From NCBI GenBank assembly GCA_043823065.1, contig JBDRBB010000009.1, forward strand, positions 64,001 to 128,000: DNA of 64,000 nucleotides, given 5' to 3'. Origin of the DNA: Pseudomonadota bacterium (GTDB taxonomy: Bacteria; UBA10199; 2-02-FULL-44-16; DYJF01). Under the pieces are notes generated by a model. The model was not told where the DNA came from and made no database searches. It worked only from the letters and a program-made list of their open reading frames with translations. Each line of letters begins with the position of its first letter. The first letter of the stretch is position 1. Both the position numbers and the translations under genes were made by a program. This document shows, piece by piece, positions 48,941-57,691 of this stretch.

Positions 48941-49994
48941 GTGTTTCTCCGAAAAATTTAGGTTGGCATAATCGATCAATTAACCAAACAAAAGTATTCA
49001 TAATTAAAATAGAATAGCAGACTCCTTCTGGATAGCCACCATATAGTCTAATTACCGCTACTAAGAGTCCACAACCAATACCAAATATTACTTGGCCTTT
49101 ACTGGTTAAAGGAGAAGTAACCATATCTGTGGCCATGAAAAACGCGCCAATAATCAAGCCTCCAGAAAATGCATGAGCCAGGCTGCGTTCCAAAACCAAA
49201 CTTGGTTCTGCCCAGAAACCTGGTTGCCAAAAACCTAAAAGGTTTCCAAATTGATCGTGAAAAGGAAGCAAGACTACCATGATCATCACAGTTAGGACAT
49301 AAGAAAGAGGCAGGCGCCAGTTAATAATGCGCTTGATAATTAAATAAACTCCGCCAGCAATTAAAGCCAGAGCTGAAGTTTCGCCAATTGAACCAGGTAT
49401 TCTGCCAGTTAGTAGATCCCAAAGATTATAATGATTAAAAATAGTTAAGGGCGAATTTTGCAGCACAGCACAAGGTGTAGCCTGAGTGATGGCATCGATT
49501 GAACTGTTAATATTGCCCACAAATATTTTTTTCAAAATAGGCCACTGGGGCATGACAATTAAACTTGAATAAGCAGCTAAGAGAAACGCCCGAGCAGCTA
49601 AAGCAGGGTTCCAAATATTCATGCCCAAACCGCCAAAAGCATGTTTGACAATGCCAATGGCAAACGCGCTTCCTACGATAGGAATATAAAATGGAACATT
49701 AGGAGGAAGGATAAAAGCTAAAAGCAGGCCAGTTACCACAGCACTGCCGTCATAAATAGTAATTTCCAAACCCCGAAATTTTTGGATTATTGCTTCAGTT
49801 AAAATAGCTGTAGCTACAGCTAGGCCTGTAATTAAAATTGCATACCAGCCAAAATTAGCCCAAGCAGCCATGAGTGCTGGCATTAAAGCAATAACCACGC
49901 TCCACATAATCTTGGGGATATCATTCTTATCTGTAAGATGAGGGCCTGGACCGACCATTAAATTCTTGGGAAAATTGGGAAAATTCTTAATCAT
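48924..49994 (-). CDS. rnfD: Rnf complex subunit D
   Basis: DGSAVVTGLL, FGGLGMNIWNPAL, ITQATP, GSIGETS, FFMATDMVTSP, YPEG. Confidence 0.94.
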   Translation of the reverse strand: MIKNFPNFPKNLMVGPGPHLTDKNDIPKIMWSVVIALMPALMAAWANFGWYAILITGLAVATAILTEAIIQKFRGLEITIYDGSAVVTGLLLAFILPPNVPFYIPIVGSAFAIGIVKHAFGGLGMNIWNPALAARAFLLAAYSSLIVMPQWPILKKIFVGNINSSIDAITQATPCAVLQNSPLTIFNHYNLWDLLTGRIPGSIGETSALALIAGGVYLIIKRIINWRLPLSYVLTVMIMVVLLPFHDQFGNLLGFWQPGFWAEPSLVLERSLAHAFSGGLIIGAFFMATDMVTSPLTSKGQVIFGIGCGLLVAVIRLYGGYPEGVCYSILIMNTFVWLIDRLCQPKFFGETHAKLA

Positions 49995-50006
49995 AAAAGC
50001 TATGCT

Positions 50007-50083
50007 GGACCATAGACCAATAACCATAGACTATTGACCCAAGACTAAAAGGGTCAATGGTCCATAGTCTATGGTCTATGGTC
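50007..50083. repeat. Family C heptamer element at the rnfC/rnfD junction
   Basis: GACCATAGACCAATAACCATAGACTATTGACC...GGTCAATGGTCCATAGTCTATGGTCTATGGTC; contains the rnfC stop. Confidence 0.85.
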
Positions 50084-51394
50084 GCTCTTTCTCTTTTGTT
50101 CCCTCTTCTGGGCTGCTTCGAATTTTGCCTGTTTAACCAGTTGTACTAAAGGTCGTTTTGCCGGACAAACAAAACAACAAGTGCCGCATTCCATGCAGTC
50201 AAAAACATGCAGCTGGTCATAATCAACAATTTGTCCTGCTTCAATAGCCCTGGCCATTTCTGAGGCCATGCCACTTAAAGGACACACTTCAATACATTTG
50301 CCGCAGCGAATACAAGGGCCACTTAAAAAACTAGGCAATTTTTCAAAAGCCAAAATTCCTGACATACCTTTGACCACAGGGATAAATGGATCTGCAATAG
50401 CAATACCCATCATTGGTCCGCCCAAGATGATTTTTTTGGTGTTTGGCGAAATTCCGCAATACTCCAATAAAAGACCAATTGGTGTACCAATGGGCACCAT
50501 AAAATTAGCTGGTCTAGCAATAGCATCACCAGCAATAGTAACTGTTCTTTCAATTAAGGGCTGGCAATGTTTGACAGCATTGGTTATGGCCCAGGCTGTG
50601 GCCACGTTTTGCACTACCACGCCAACATCAAAGGGCAATTTGCGTGGTGGAACTTTGCGGCCAGTTAATGCTTCAATCAATTGCTTTTCCGCGCCTTGGG
50701 GATATTTAATCTCTAGCATTTCCACTTGTAGCTCAGCACTAGCTTGAGCTTTTATTTTTTCATAAGCCTCTGGCTTGTTAGCTTCAATGCCAATATAAGC
50801 TTTTTTAGCGCCCACAGTTTTGAGAATAATTTGAATGCCTTCCACAATTGTTTTTGGTTGTTCAATCATTAAGCGGTGGTCAACTGTCAAATAAGGCTCA
50901 CATTCCACGCCATTAATCACCACTGTATCAATAGGTTTTTCTTTGGGAGGTTTAAGTTTGATGTGAGCAGGAAATGCCGCGCCACCCATGCCCACAATGC
51001 CTGCTTCAGCAATGATCTTGATAATCTCATCAGCGCTAAGTTTATGCCAATCGCGATCGCAAGGAATGCCTTGGGCCCATTGATTTTTATTATCATTTTC
51101 AATGATGATTTGTTCGCAAGATTTTCCTTGCGGGGTGATGGTATTTTCAATGCGCGCCACTTTTCCAGAAATTGAGGCATGCACATTAGCAGACATAAAG
51201 CCATCAGCTTTGCCAATGAGTTGGCCTTTGGCTACTATATCGCCTTTGCTAACCTGGCAAATAGCAGGAGCGCCAAAGTGCTGGCTTAAAGGAATGGCTA
51301 CATAAGGAATTTCCGTAAATGGTTTTAACGGCAAGTCCTTTGTAGCTTCTTTCATTTCTGGAGGGTGAGCCCCGCCGATCTTAAATGTTTTCAT
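50069..51394 (-). CDS. rnfC: Rnf complex subunit C
   Basis: QHFGAPA, GIVGMGGAAFP, ECEPYLT, YPQGAEKQL, GGPMMG, two 4Fe-4S motifs. Confidence 0.95.
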   Translation of the reverse strand: MKTFKIGGAHPPEMKEATKDLPLKPFTEIPYVAIPLSQHFGAPAICQVSKGDIVAKGQLIGKADGFMSANVHASISGKVARIENTITPQGKSCEQIIIENDNKNQWAQGIPCDRDWHKLSADEIIKIIAEAGIVGMGGAAFPAHIKLKPPKEKPIDTVVINGVECEPYLTVDHRLMIEQPKTIVEGIQIILKTVGAKKAYIGIEANKPEAYEKIKAQASAELQVEMLEIKYPQGAEKQLIEALTGRKVPPRKLPFDVGVVVQNVATAWAITNAVKHCQPLIERTVTIAGDAIARPANFMVPIGTPIGLLLEYCGISPNTKKIILGGPMMGIAIADPFIPVVKGMSGILAFEKLPSFLSGPCIRCGKCIEVCPLSGMASEMARAIEAGQIVDYDQLHVFDCMECGTCCFVCPAKRPLVQLVKQAKFEAAQKREQKRKSDHRP

Positions 51395-51404
51395 CGATAA
51401 AAGC

Positions 51405-51460
51405 GACTATTGACCATTGACCTCAAAGGGTCTTTGGTCAATTGTCTATGGTCTAAGGTC
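51405..51460. repeat. Family C heptamer element at the rnfB/rnfC junction
   Basis: GACTATTGACCATTGACC...GGTCAATTGTCTATGGTCTAAGGTC; contains the rnfB stop. Confidence 0.8.
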
Positions 51461-52279
51461 TGCCGGTTTTTTTACTGGCCATAACCCTTTTTCTTTACGT
51501 TCTATTCTAAAATTAACAATAGTATTTGTCGGACATTCAGCTATGCATTTTCCGCAAGAGGTGCATTTTTCATAATCAATAATGGCCAAATTATTTTCAA
51601 CATGTACGGCGTCAAATGGGCAAATATTTTCGCATCTTTTGCAACTAATGCAGCCTACCTTGCAAGCCATGCGGGTGTTTTTAGCTAGATCAACAGACTT
51701 GCAAGCTATGTGCACCATCTTTTTTAATGATCTTAAACTAAACAAATCCTTGGGACAGGCAGCCACGCATTTGCCGCAAGAAGTGCATTTTTCTTCATCA
51801 ACCACAGGAAAATTATCAATTAGATGAATTGCGTCAAATGGACAAGCCTTTACGCAATCGCCAAAGCTTAAGCAACCATAAGGACAAGCTTTTTGCCCGC
51901 CTTGATACATGGCTGCAGAACGGCAGGTTGGCAAGCCATTATATTGAAAGCGGTTTTCTACTTCTTTGCCTGCGCAATGCAAAATTGCCACTTGTTTGTC
52001 CGCAACTTTGGCTTCCACGCCCATGATATCTGAAATTAAATGAGCCACTTCTTCGCCACCAGGAATGCAGCCAGTAACATCAGCAGAGCCATGCACGATT
52101 GCTTTGGCAAAACCTCCACACCCCGCCAGACCACAAGCTCCGCAATTAGCGCCAGGAAGCGCTGATTCAATTCTTTCCACTCTGGGATCTAGTTGCACGT
52201 GAAAGACTCGCGAGGCAATGTATAAGCCGATCCCAAAAAGTACTCCAAGTGAACCTAATATTATTATTGGTGCTAACAT
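51446..52279 (-). CDS. rnfB: Rnf complex subunit B
   Basis: LPGANCGACGLAGC followed by polyferredoxin CxxCxxCxxxCP motifs. Confidence 0.94.
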   Translation of the reverse strand: MLAPIIILGSLGVLFGIGLYIASRVFHVQLDPRVERIESALPGANCGACGLAGCGGFAKAIVHGSADVTGCIPGGEEVAHLISDIMGVEAKVADKQVAILHCAGKEVENRFQYNGLPTCRSAAMYQGGQKACPYGCLSFGDCVKACPFDAIHLIDNFPVVDEEKCTSCGKCVAACPKDLFSLRSLKKMVHIACKSVDLAKNTRMACKVGCISCKRCENICPFDAVHVENNLAIIDYEKCTSCGKCIAECPTNTIVNFRIERKEKGLWPVKKPADLRP

Positions 52280-52280
52280 A

Positions 52281-52928
52281 TTATTGTCCGAGACCTGCAA
52301 AACCCATAAACGCCAAAGCCATTAAGGCTGCGCAAATAAAAGCAATAGGCACGCCTTTTAAGGCTGGTGGTACTTGAATTTGCTCTAGTTTTTCTCTAAT
52401 GCCGGACATGGCAAACAAAACTAATAAAAAACCAATTCCTCCGCCAAAACCTTGGAGCAAGGTCATTAAAAAACTTTCCCCACTTGAAAGCGAACTAAAA
52501 TCTTTGATGTTAAGCAGAGCCACTCCTAACACAGCGCAATTGGTAGTGATTAACGGCAAATAGATGCCCAGCGCCTCATACAAAGGAGGCACCACTTTCA
52601 TTAAAAACATTTCTACGATTTGCACCAAAGTAGCAATAACCAAAATAAACACGATAGTTTGCAAAAAAGTAAAATCAAAGTTGGCAATAGGTTGATCTTG
52701 CCCGAAAAATTTATAAAACACGTTGCTGGTAGTTGGGGATAGTAAATATTGATAAATTACCCAAGTTACTGCTGAAGCCATGGTCATCACAAAAATAACT
52801 GCACAGCCCATACCTACGGCTTCTTTTTTCTTTTTGGAGACACCAAGGAATGGACAAAGCCCTAAAAACTTGGCTAGCACCATGTTGTTTATAAGAACAA
52901 TTGAGACAAAAAGTAATATGTAGGACAT
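52281..52928 (-). CDS. rnfA: Rnf complex subunit A
   Basis: NNMVLAKFLGLCPFLGVS, LGIYLPLITTNCAVLG, IRE, LAFMGF. Confidence 0.95.
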   Translation of the reverse strand: MSYILLFVSIVLINNMVLAKFLGLCPFLGVSKKKKEAVGMGCAVIFVMTMASAVTWVIYQYLLSPTTSNVFYKFFGQDQPIANFDFTFLQTIVFILVIATLVQIVEMFLMKVVPPLYEALGIYLPLITTNCAVLGVALLNIKDFSSLSSGESFLMTLLQGFGGGIGFLLVLFAMSGIREKLEQIQVPPALKGVPIAFICAALMALAFMGFAGLGQ

Positions 52929-52938
52929 TTTAATTAAT

Positions 52939-52999
52939 GACCATAGACTACAGACCATTGACCTTTAAGGTTTTAGTCTATGGTCTATTGTCAATGGTC
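52939..52999. repeat. Family C heptamer element at the rnfE/rnfA junction
   Basis: GACCATAGACTACAGACCATTGACC...GTCTATGGTCTATTGTCAATGGTC; contains the rnfE stop. Confidence 0.82.
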
Positions 53000-53589
53000 T
53001 GTTGTTTTCGCCAATTTATGAAACCTATTAAAAGCGCAATTACAATAAACGCCCCTGGCGCCATAATCATTACTGCAGCTGGGGCAATTGGACCTATTGG
53101 ACCGTAATAATCTGTAATTCTAATGTTAAGAAACGTGCCACTGCCTATTACTTCCCGGAAAAAAGCAATAATGGTTAAGGCCAAAGTAAAGCCAGCGCCC
53201 ATGCCTAAGCCATCTAAAATTGAGGGCCAGACTTTATTTCTAGAAGCAAAAGCTTCTGCTCTGCCTAAAATTATGCAATTAACTACAATTAAAGGAATAA
53301 AAATACCCAAAGCCGCGTTTAACTCAGGTGTATAAGCGCTCATGATCATTTCCACCATGGTTACGAATGTGGCAATAACTACAATAAAACAAGGGATGCG
53401 GATTTTAGAAGGGAAAAATCTGCCAAAAATTGAGATAATTGTATTGGAAGCAACCAAAACAAAAGTAGCAGCCAAGCCCATGCCAATGGCATTAACAATA
53501 CTAGAACTCACGGCCAAGGCAGGGCATAAGCCTAAAAGCAAAATTAAAACCGGATTTTCTTTAAAAATACCTTTGCGTAATTCTTTCAT
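52978..53589 (-). CDS. rnfE: Rnf complex subunit E
   Basis: ENP.LILLLGLCPALAVS, IRIP, FIPLIVVNCIILGRAEAFA, APGAF. Confidence 0.95.
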   Translation of the reverse strand: MKELRKGIFKENPVLILLLGLCPALAVSSSIVNAIGMGLAATFVLVASNTIISIFGRFFPSKIRIPCFIVVIATFVTMVEMIMSAYTPELNAALGIFIPLIVVNCIILGRAEAFASRNKVWPSILDGLGMGAGFTLALTIIAFFREVIGSGTFLNIRITDYYGPIGPIAPAAVMIMAPGAFIVIALLIGFINWRKQQTIDNRP

Positions 53590-54586
53590 AAGGTTTTTCT
53601 AACTCAAAATTTGATTTTAAATCTGCTGACACCCATACACTATAATTGCCATTCTTTTCAACCAGTATTCCGCTAAATTCTTTATTATTTTCAAAAAAAT
53701 CCAAGGCTTTGTCTTTACCTAAAACCATTAGCGCTGTGGCTACAGCATCGGCATTGATAGCTTGATCAGCAATAACAGTTACAGAAACTAAACTATTATC
53801 AACTGGCCAACCAGTGCGCGGATCTATTATATGTGAAAATTTTTTGCCGTTAATTTCACTAAAGCGTTCATAATTGCCAGAAGTAACAATAGCTCCAGCA
53901 GAAATTTTTACCTTACCCAATATTTCTGAAGAATCAGGGATTGGATTTTTTAAGCCAAAATTAAACTTGCCAGGACCGAACGCCCGGATATCTCCGCCAG
54001 CATCAACCACACCTTGTTTTATACCCCGCATCTGCATAATTATGATAATTTGATCAATAATATCACCCTTGGCAATGCCGCCTAAGCCAAAATTCATTTG
54101 TGGTTTAGTAAATATAATTTGCTTGCCATTGATCTTAAATTTAGCAGAACCAATTTTTTGCAAGGCTTGTTCAATTTCCAAAGCAGAGGGAAGCTGCTTA
54201 TTTTTTCCAGCCTGCTCCCAAAGCTTAATTAAAGGTCCAACAGTTATATCAAAAGCTCCTTGCGTTTTAGCCCACCATTTTTTGCTGGCCAGAAGCACAC
54301 GTTCTAGATCAGAACTCATGACAACTGGTTTTAGCTGCTTAGTTTGATTTAGCTGGCTGATCTCGCTTTGGCTTAAATATGAGTTAAAAATTAATTCCAA
54401 ATCTTCTACGCGCTGTTTCACAGCTTGCAGATCTTTTCTGAACTCCAAACGTGAGCGATCATAGGCAATGACCTTAAAAGGAATGCCGCCCATAGGATAA
54501 AACACCGCCTCTTGCCGGCCTTTGTTAAAATAAAATAAGCCTGCAACGATTAGAATAACAATAATTACCAGTATGATTTTTTTCAT
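53561..54586 (-). CDS. apbE: FAD:protein FMN transferase (canonical ApbE)
   Basis: GAFDITVGPL, GLGGIAKG, TSGNYER, SHIIDPRTG, ADAVATAL. Confidence 0.93.
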   Translation of the reverse strand: MKKIILVIIVILIVAGLFYFNKGRQEAVFYPMGGIPFKVIAYDRSRLEFRKDLQAVKQRVEDLELIFNSYLSQSEISQLNQTKQLKPVVMSSDLERVLLASKKWWAKTQGAFDITVGPLIKLWEQAGKNKQLPSALEIEQALQKIGSAKFKINGKQIIFTKPQMNFGLGGIAKGDIIDQIIIIMQMRGIKQGVVDAGGDIRAFGPGKFNFGLKNPIPDSSEILGKVKISAGAIVTSGNYERFSEINGKKFSHIIDPRTGWPVDNSLVSVTVIADQAINADAVATALMVLGKDKALDFFENNKEFSGILVEKNGNYSVWVSADLKSNFELEKPYERITQRYF

Positions 54587-54601
54587 AAACGTTATAAAAA
54601 T

Positions 54602-54743
54602 TGTCATCCTCCAGCTTGACTGGAGGATCTAAAGGGCTCAGTTAGATTGCCCGATCAAGTCGGGCAATGACAACTGGGCATCTCTAAAAACCTGTTTTTA
54701 ATCCGTTCGCCCTGAGCTTGTCGAAGGGCTCACCACGAACGGG
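54602..54743. repeat. Cluster of family B-like doublet (54602-54672) and family A unit (54702-54743)
   Basis: GTCATCCTCCAG..CTGGAGGATC / GATTGCCCGA..TCGGGCAATGAC, then CCGTTCGCCCTGAGCTTGTCGAAGGG. Confidence 0.8.
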
Positions 54744-54756
54744 AAGTTTATTTCAT

Positions 54757-54787
54757 AAAAAAGCCCCTGTAAATTTACAGGGGCTTT
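54757..54787 (-). terminator. Intrinsic terminator of the porin gene
   Basis: AAAGCCCCTGTAAA/TTTACAGGGGCTTT hairpin with T-tract on the minus strand. Confidence 0.82.
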
Positions 54788-54810
54788 AACGTATTTAACT
54801 TAAATTGTCA

Positions 54811-56019
54811 CTAGAAGAAGAAGATTGTATTTAGCATCATCGTATTAGCTTTGCTAGCGCCAGAGCCTTGGTAATTGGTGCGCAGGTAGTTATACTCTAA
54901 GCCAATTACTAATGGCTTAACTGGCATAAACTTTAAGTTAGCAAAGATTTTTTGGTTATTTTTAACCCAACCAGCAGCAACTTGAGCATCATTTAGATCT
55001 TCTACGCCATAACCAACATTGGTTTCAAACCAATCTAACCAGCAGCTCTTAACTGCTCCCCAAGCAGCAATAAAACGTTGTCTGGTGGTGTCAGAAGCAA
55101 GTGAAAGTTGAGAACCAAGACTGTAACCATATTGGAATTCACCCATGGGAGTTAAATATTTATGAATAGGCACTTCTAAGCTGGCAGCCAAGCCCCAGTT
55201 TTTAACTTTAGCGTTTCCAACAACTGCATTATTGTGATGGCCATAGGCAGTAGAGACATAGGCTTTAAGTTGGCCAGCAGGTAGTTTGTGAAAGAAACCA
55301 ACTCTGGCTTGTAACATTGGCATGGCAGTTGTTACACCAGCATCCATTTGGCTCATGCTGTTACCAGCCAAGTTAACACTGGCTGCAGCTTCAATTTTGC
55401 TTTCATCGCCAATTGGATGATTATAGGTAAAACTAATTTGCGGACGTCTAAAACCTTGGTTACCCTGAAACCACATATTAGATCCAACATCCAAGGTAGA
55501 GGTGTTGAGAGGTGAATAAAGCTCCCATTCCATACCAAACAAAACTCTCCATCTTTCCTGGCCAATTGTGGAATAAGCCCTTCTAATTCTTGGGTTCATG
55601 GCATGGATGTTAACATTGGCCAGATTGAAGAAATCCATTTCCAAGCGAGCTTCAACTGAGAAATTTTTTCCGTTAAAATCATATTCATCCAAGACAAAAC
55701 CAAAGCGGGTGTTTTGCACTGTAAAATCCAGAAAAGCGTCATTTCTGGTTTGTAAGGTTTCATCAACTACGCGAGTGACGCCGGTGATGTTGGTATTATA
55801 TGCGGCAATTGTGGCATTGGATGTGCCAAAGCTGGCTACTTGAGAATCTCCATACATGGTTTCTGCAGAGATAAAACCGTAAAACTTAAATGGTACTTTA
55901 GAAGAAATAGTAATTGCTTCTTCTTGGGTGGTTTGGATATCACTGCTGCCAGCAAAACCCAAACTTGGGATCATGGCCAGCATGGCCATCAAAACAGCTA
56001 CTTTCGCGAATTTCCTCAT
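54811..56019 (-). CDS. Outer-membrane porin (DcaP-like beta barrel)
   Basis: Signal peptide; FYGFI, NTRFG, LEMDF, PRIRRAY, RRPQI; C-terminal Phe; AAAGGAGG RBS. Confidence 0.78.
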   Translation of the reverse strand: MRKFAKVAVLMAMLAMIPSLGFAGSSDIQTTQEEAITISSKVPFKFYGFISAETMYGDSQVASFGTSNATIAAYNTNITGVTRVVDETLQTRNDAFLDFTVQNTRFGFVLDEYDFNGKNFSVEARLEMDFFNLANVNIHAMNPRIRRAYSTIGQERWRVLFGMEWELYSPLNTSTLDVGSNMWFQGNQGFRRPQISFTYNHPIGDESKIEAAASVNLAGNSMSQMDAGVTTAMPMLQARVGFFHKLPAGQLKAYVSTAYGHHNNAVVGNAKVKNWGLAASLEVPIHKYLTPMGEFQYGYSLGSQLSLASDTTRQRFIAAWGAVKSCWLDWFETNVGYGVEDLNDAQVAAGWVKNNQKIFANLKFMPVKPLVIGLEYNYLRTNYQGSGASKANTMMLNTIFFF

Positions 56020-56111
56020 GTTTTTCCTCCTTTAGAATGAAAAATGTTTAATATTTTTTGTTAAGGTGTGCTCTCTTACTAAAGTAGTTTTTCTATGTCC
56101 ACTACTTTTTT

Positions 56112-56320
56112 GACTATAGACTATAGCCAATTGACCAATGACCTTTTTGAGGTCCATGGTCTATGGTAAATAGTCAACGGGCTGTTGCTCAAATGCCATT
56201 CATGGTTCGACAGGCTCACCACGAACGGCTAACTATCCGAAATTCCGTTCGCCCTGAGCTTGTCGAAGGGTGAAAATGAGTACAAATCGATTTGAGCAAC
56301 AGCCCGTCAATAGTTTACTA
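56112..56320. repeat. Family C heptamer element interrupted by a MITE
   Basis: GACTATAGACTATAG...GGTCCATGGTCTATGGTAAATAGTCA[insert]ATAGT. Confidence 0.72.
56177..56307. mobile_element. 131-bp MITE-like element with 18-bp TIRs carrying a family A doublet
   Basis: ACGGGCTGTTGCTCAAAT and ATTTGAGCAACAGCCCGT, flanked by CA on both sides. Confidence 0.68.
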
Positions 56321-56361
56321 TATTTGACAGAGATTTAGATACAGTATAGAGAAACAAGCCT

Positions 56362-57168
56362 ATGTTAATCGACAGTTTTGGTCGCCAAATTAACTATTTA
56401 AGGGTTTCTGTGACTGACAAGTGTAACTTGCGTTGTCAGTATTGCATGCCAGCTGAAGGCATTAAATTAAAACAGCATGCTGATATTTTAAGGCTAGAAG
56501 AAATTTTAGAGATTGTTAAATATGCTGCTGATCTTGGAATTAGCAAAGTGCGCCTAACTGGTGGTGAACCTTTGGTGCGCAAAAATATTGAGTTTTTAAT
56601 TGAAAACCTAGCCCAGATTCCAGCGATTAAAGATCTAGCAATGACTACCAATGGAGTTTTATTGGCTGATCGGGCTTTTAACTTAAAAAAACTTGGTCTT
56701 CAGCGGGTAAATATTAGTTTGGATTCTTTGGATCCAAAAAAATACCAGCAAATAACTAGAGGTGGTGAACTGGGAAGTGTTTTTGCTGGCATTAATGCTG
56801 CTAAAGAGGCGGGGCTTTTACCAATTAAACTTAATGTCGTGCTTATTCCAGGTTTTAATGAACAAGAAAAAATAGATTTTTTAAAATTTGGAACAGAAAA
56901 AAAATTAGAAGTTCGCTTTATTCATAAGATGGATCTGCGTTGTGGTCAGCGCCAGGCAGTAGAAGGAAATACCAAGGTAGGACAATGTGATTATTGTAAT
57001 CGCTTAAGACTTACTTGTGACGGTTTTTTAAAACCATGTTTGTTTTCTGATTTCAAAATTGATGTGCGCCAGGTTGGCATTCAAGAGGCATTTCGTTTAG
57101 CCTTAGAATATAAACCAGAGCAAGGTGTGATAAATACCCATGAAGAAATGTATCAAATAGGTGGTTAA
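56362..57168 (+). CDS. moaA: GTP 3',8-cyclase (short form)
   Basis: LRVSVTDKCNLRCQYCMP, TGGEP, CDYCNRLRLT...PCL, C-terminal IGG. Confidence 0.93.
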   Translation: MLIDSFGRQINYLRVSVTDKCNLRCQYCMPAEGIKLKQHADILRLEEILEIVKYAADLGISKVRLTGGEPLVRKNIEFLIENLAQIPAIKDLAMTTNGVLLADRAFNLKKLGLQRVNISLDSLDPKKYQQITRGGELGSVFAGINAAKEAGLLPIKLNVVLIPGFNEQEKIDFLKFGTEKKLEVRFIHKMDLRCGQRQAVEGNTKVGQCDYCNRLRLTCDGFLKPCLFSDFKIDVRQVGIQEAFRLALEYKPEQGVINTHEEMYQIGG

Positions 57169-57169
57169 A

Positions 57170-57613
57170 ATGAAATTTTCCCATGTAGATGAAAAAGGTC
57201 AGGCTAAAATGGTTGATGTAAGTGAAAAGCCAGATCAAACCCGGCTAGCAATTGCCCAAGGTAAAATTAAATTAGCAACAGTAACTTTAGAAAAAATTAA
57301 GCAAAATGAAATTGCCAAAGGCAATGTTTTAACTGTGGCCCAAATTGCTGGCATTAATGCTGCTAAAAAAACTTCAGAGCTTATTCCGCTTTGTCACCCT
57401 TTGTTTTTAAGCAAGGTGTCAGTTGATTTTGAAATGCAAGCAGATGGAATTACTGCGCTGGCTTCAGCTAAATCTATTGGTAAAACTGGCGTGGAAATGG
57501 AAGCCCTAATCGCTGCTAGTACAGCGCTTTTAACAATTTATGATATGTGTAAGGCAGTGGATAAAGAGATGGAGTTAGGGGAAATTAAATTAATAGAAAA
57601 AAAGAAAATATAG
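57170..57613 (+). CDS. moaC: Cyclic pyranopterin monophosphate synthase
   Basis: MVDVSEK, LIPLCHP, TGVEMEAL, TIYDMCKAVD. Confidence 0.96.
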   Translation: MKFSHVDEKGQAKMVDVSEKPDQTRLAIAQGKIKLATVTLEKIKQNEIAKGNVLTVAQIAGINAAKKTSELIPLCHPLFLSKVSVDFEMQADGITALASAKSIGKTGVEMEALIAASTALLTIYDMCKAVDKEMELGEIKLIEKKKI

Positions 57614-57673
57614 ACCATAGACCATAGACCAAAACCTTAAAGGTCAATGGTCAATTGTCTATGGTCAATGGTC
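57613..57673. repeat. Family C heptamer element
   Basis: GACCATAGACCATAGACC...GGTCAATGGTCAATTGTCTATGGTCAATGGTC. Confidence 0.82.
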
Positions 57674-57691
57674 TGCGGAGAATCAAAGGGT

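Noticed and set aside
50007..50083. CRISPR array or DGR repeats
   Set aside because: Units are 7-mers or isolated palindromes with no unique spacers; no cas or reverse transcriptase gene in the window
56100..56360. Moco riboswitch upstream of moaA
   Set aside because: The hairpins are explained by repeat families found elsewhere in the window; a covariance-model search would be needed to exclude it formally
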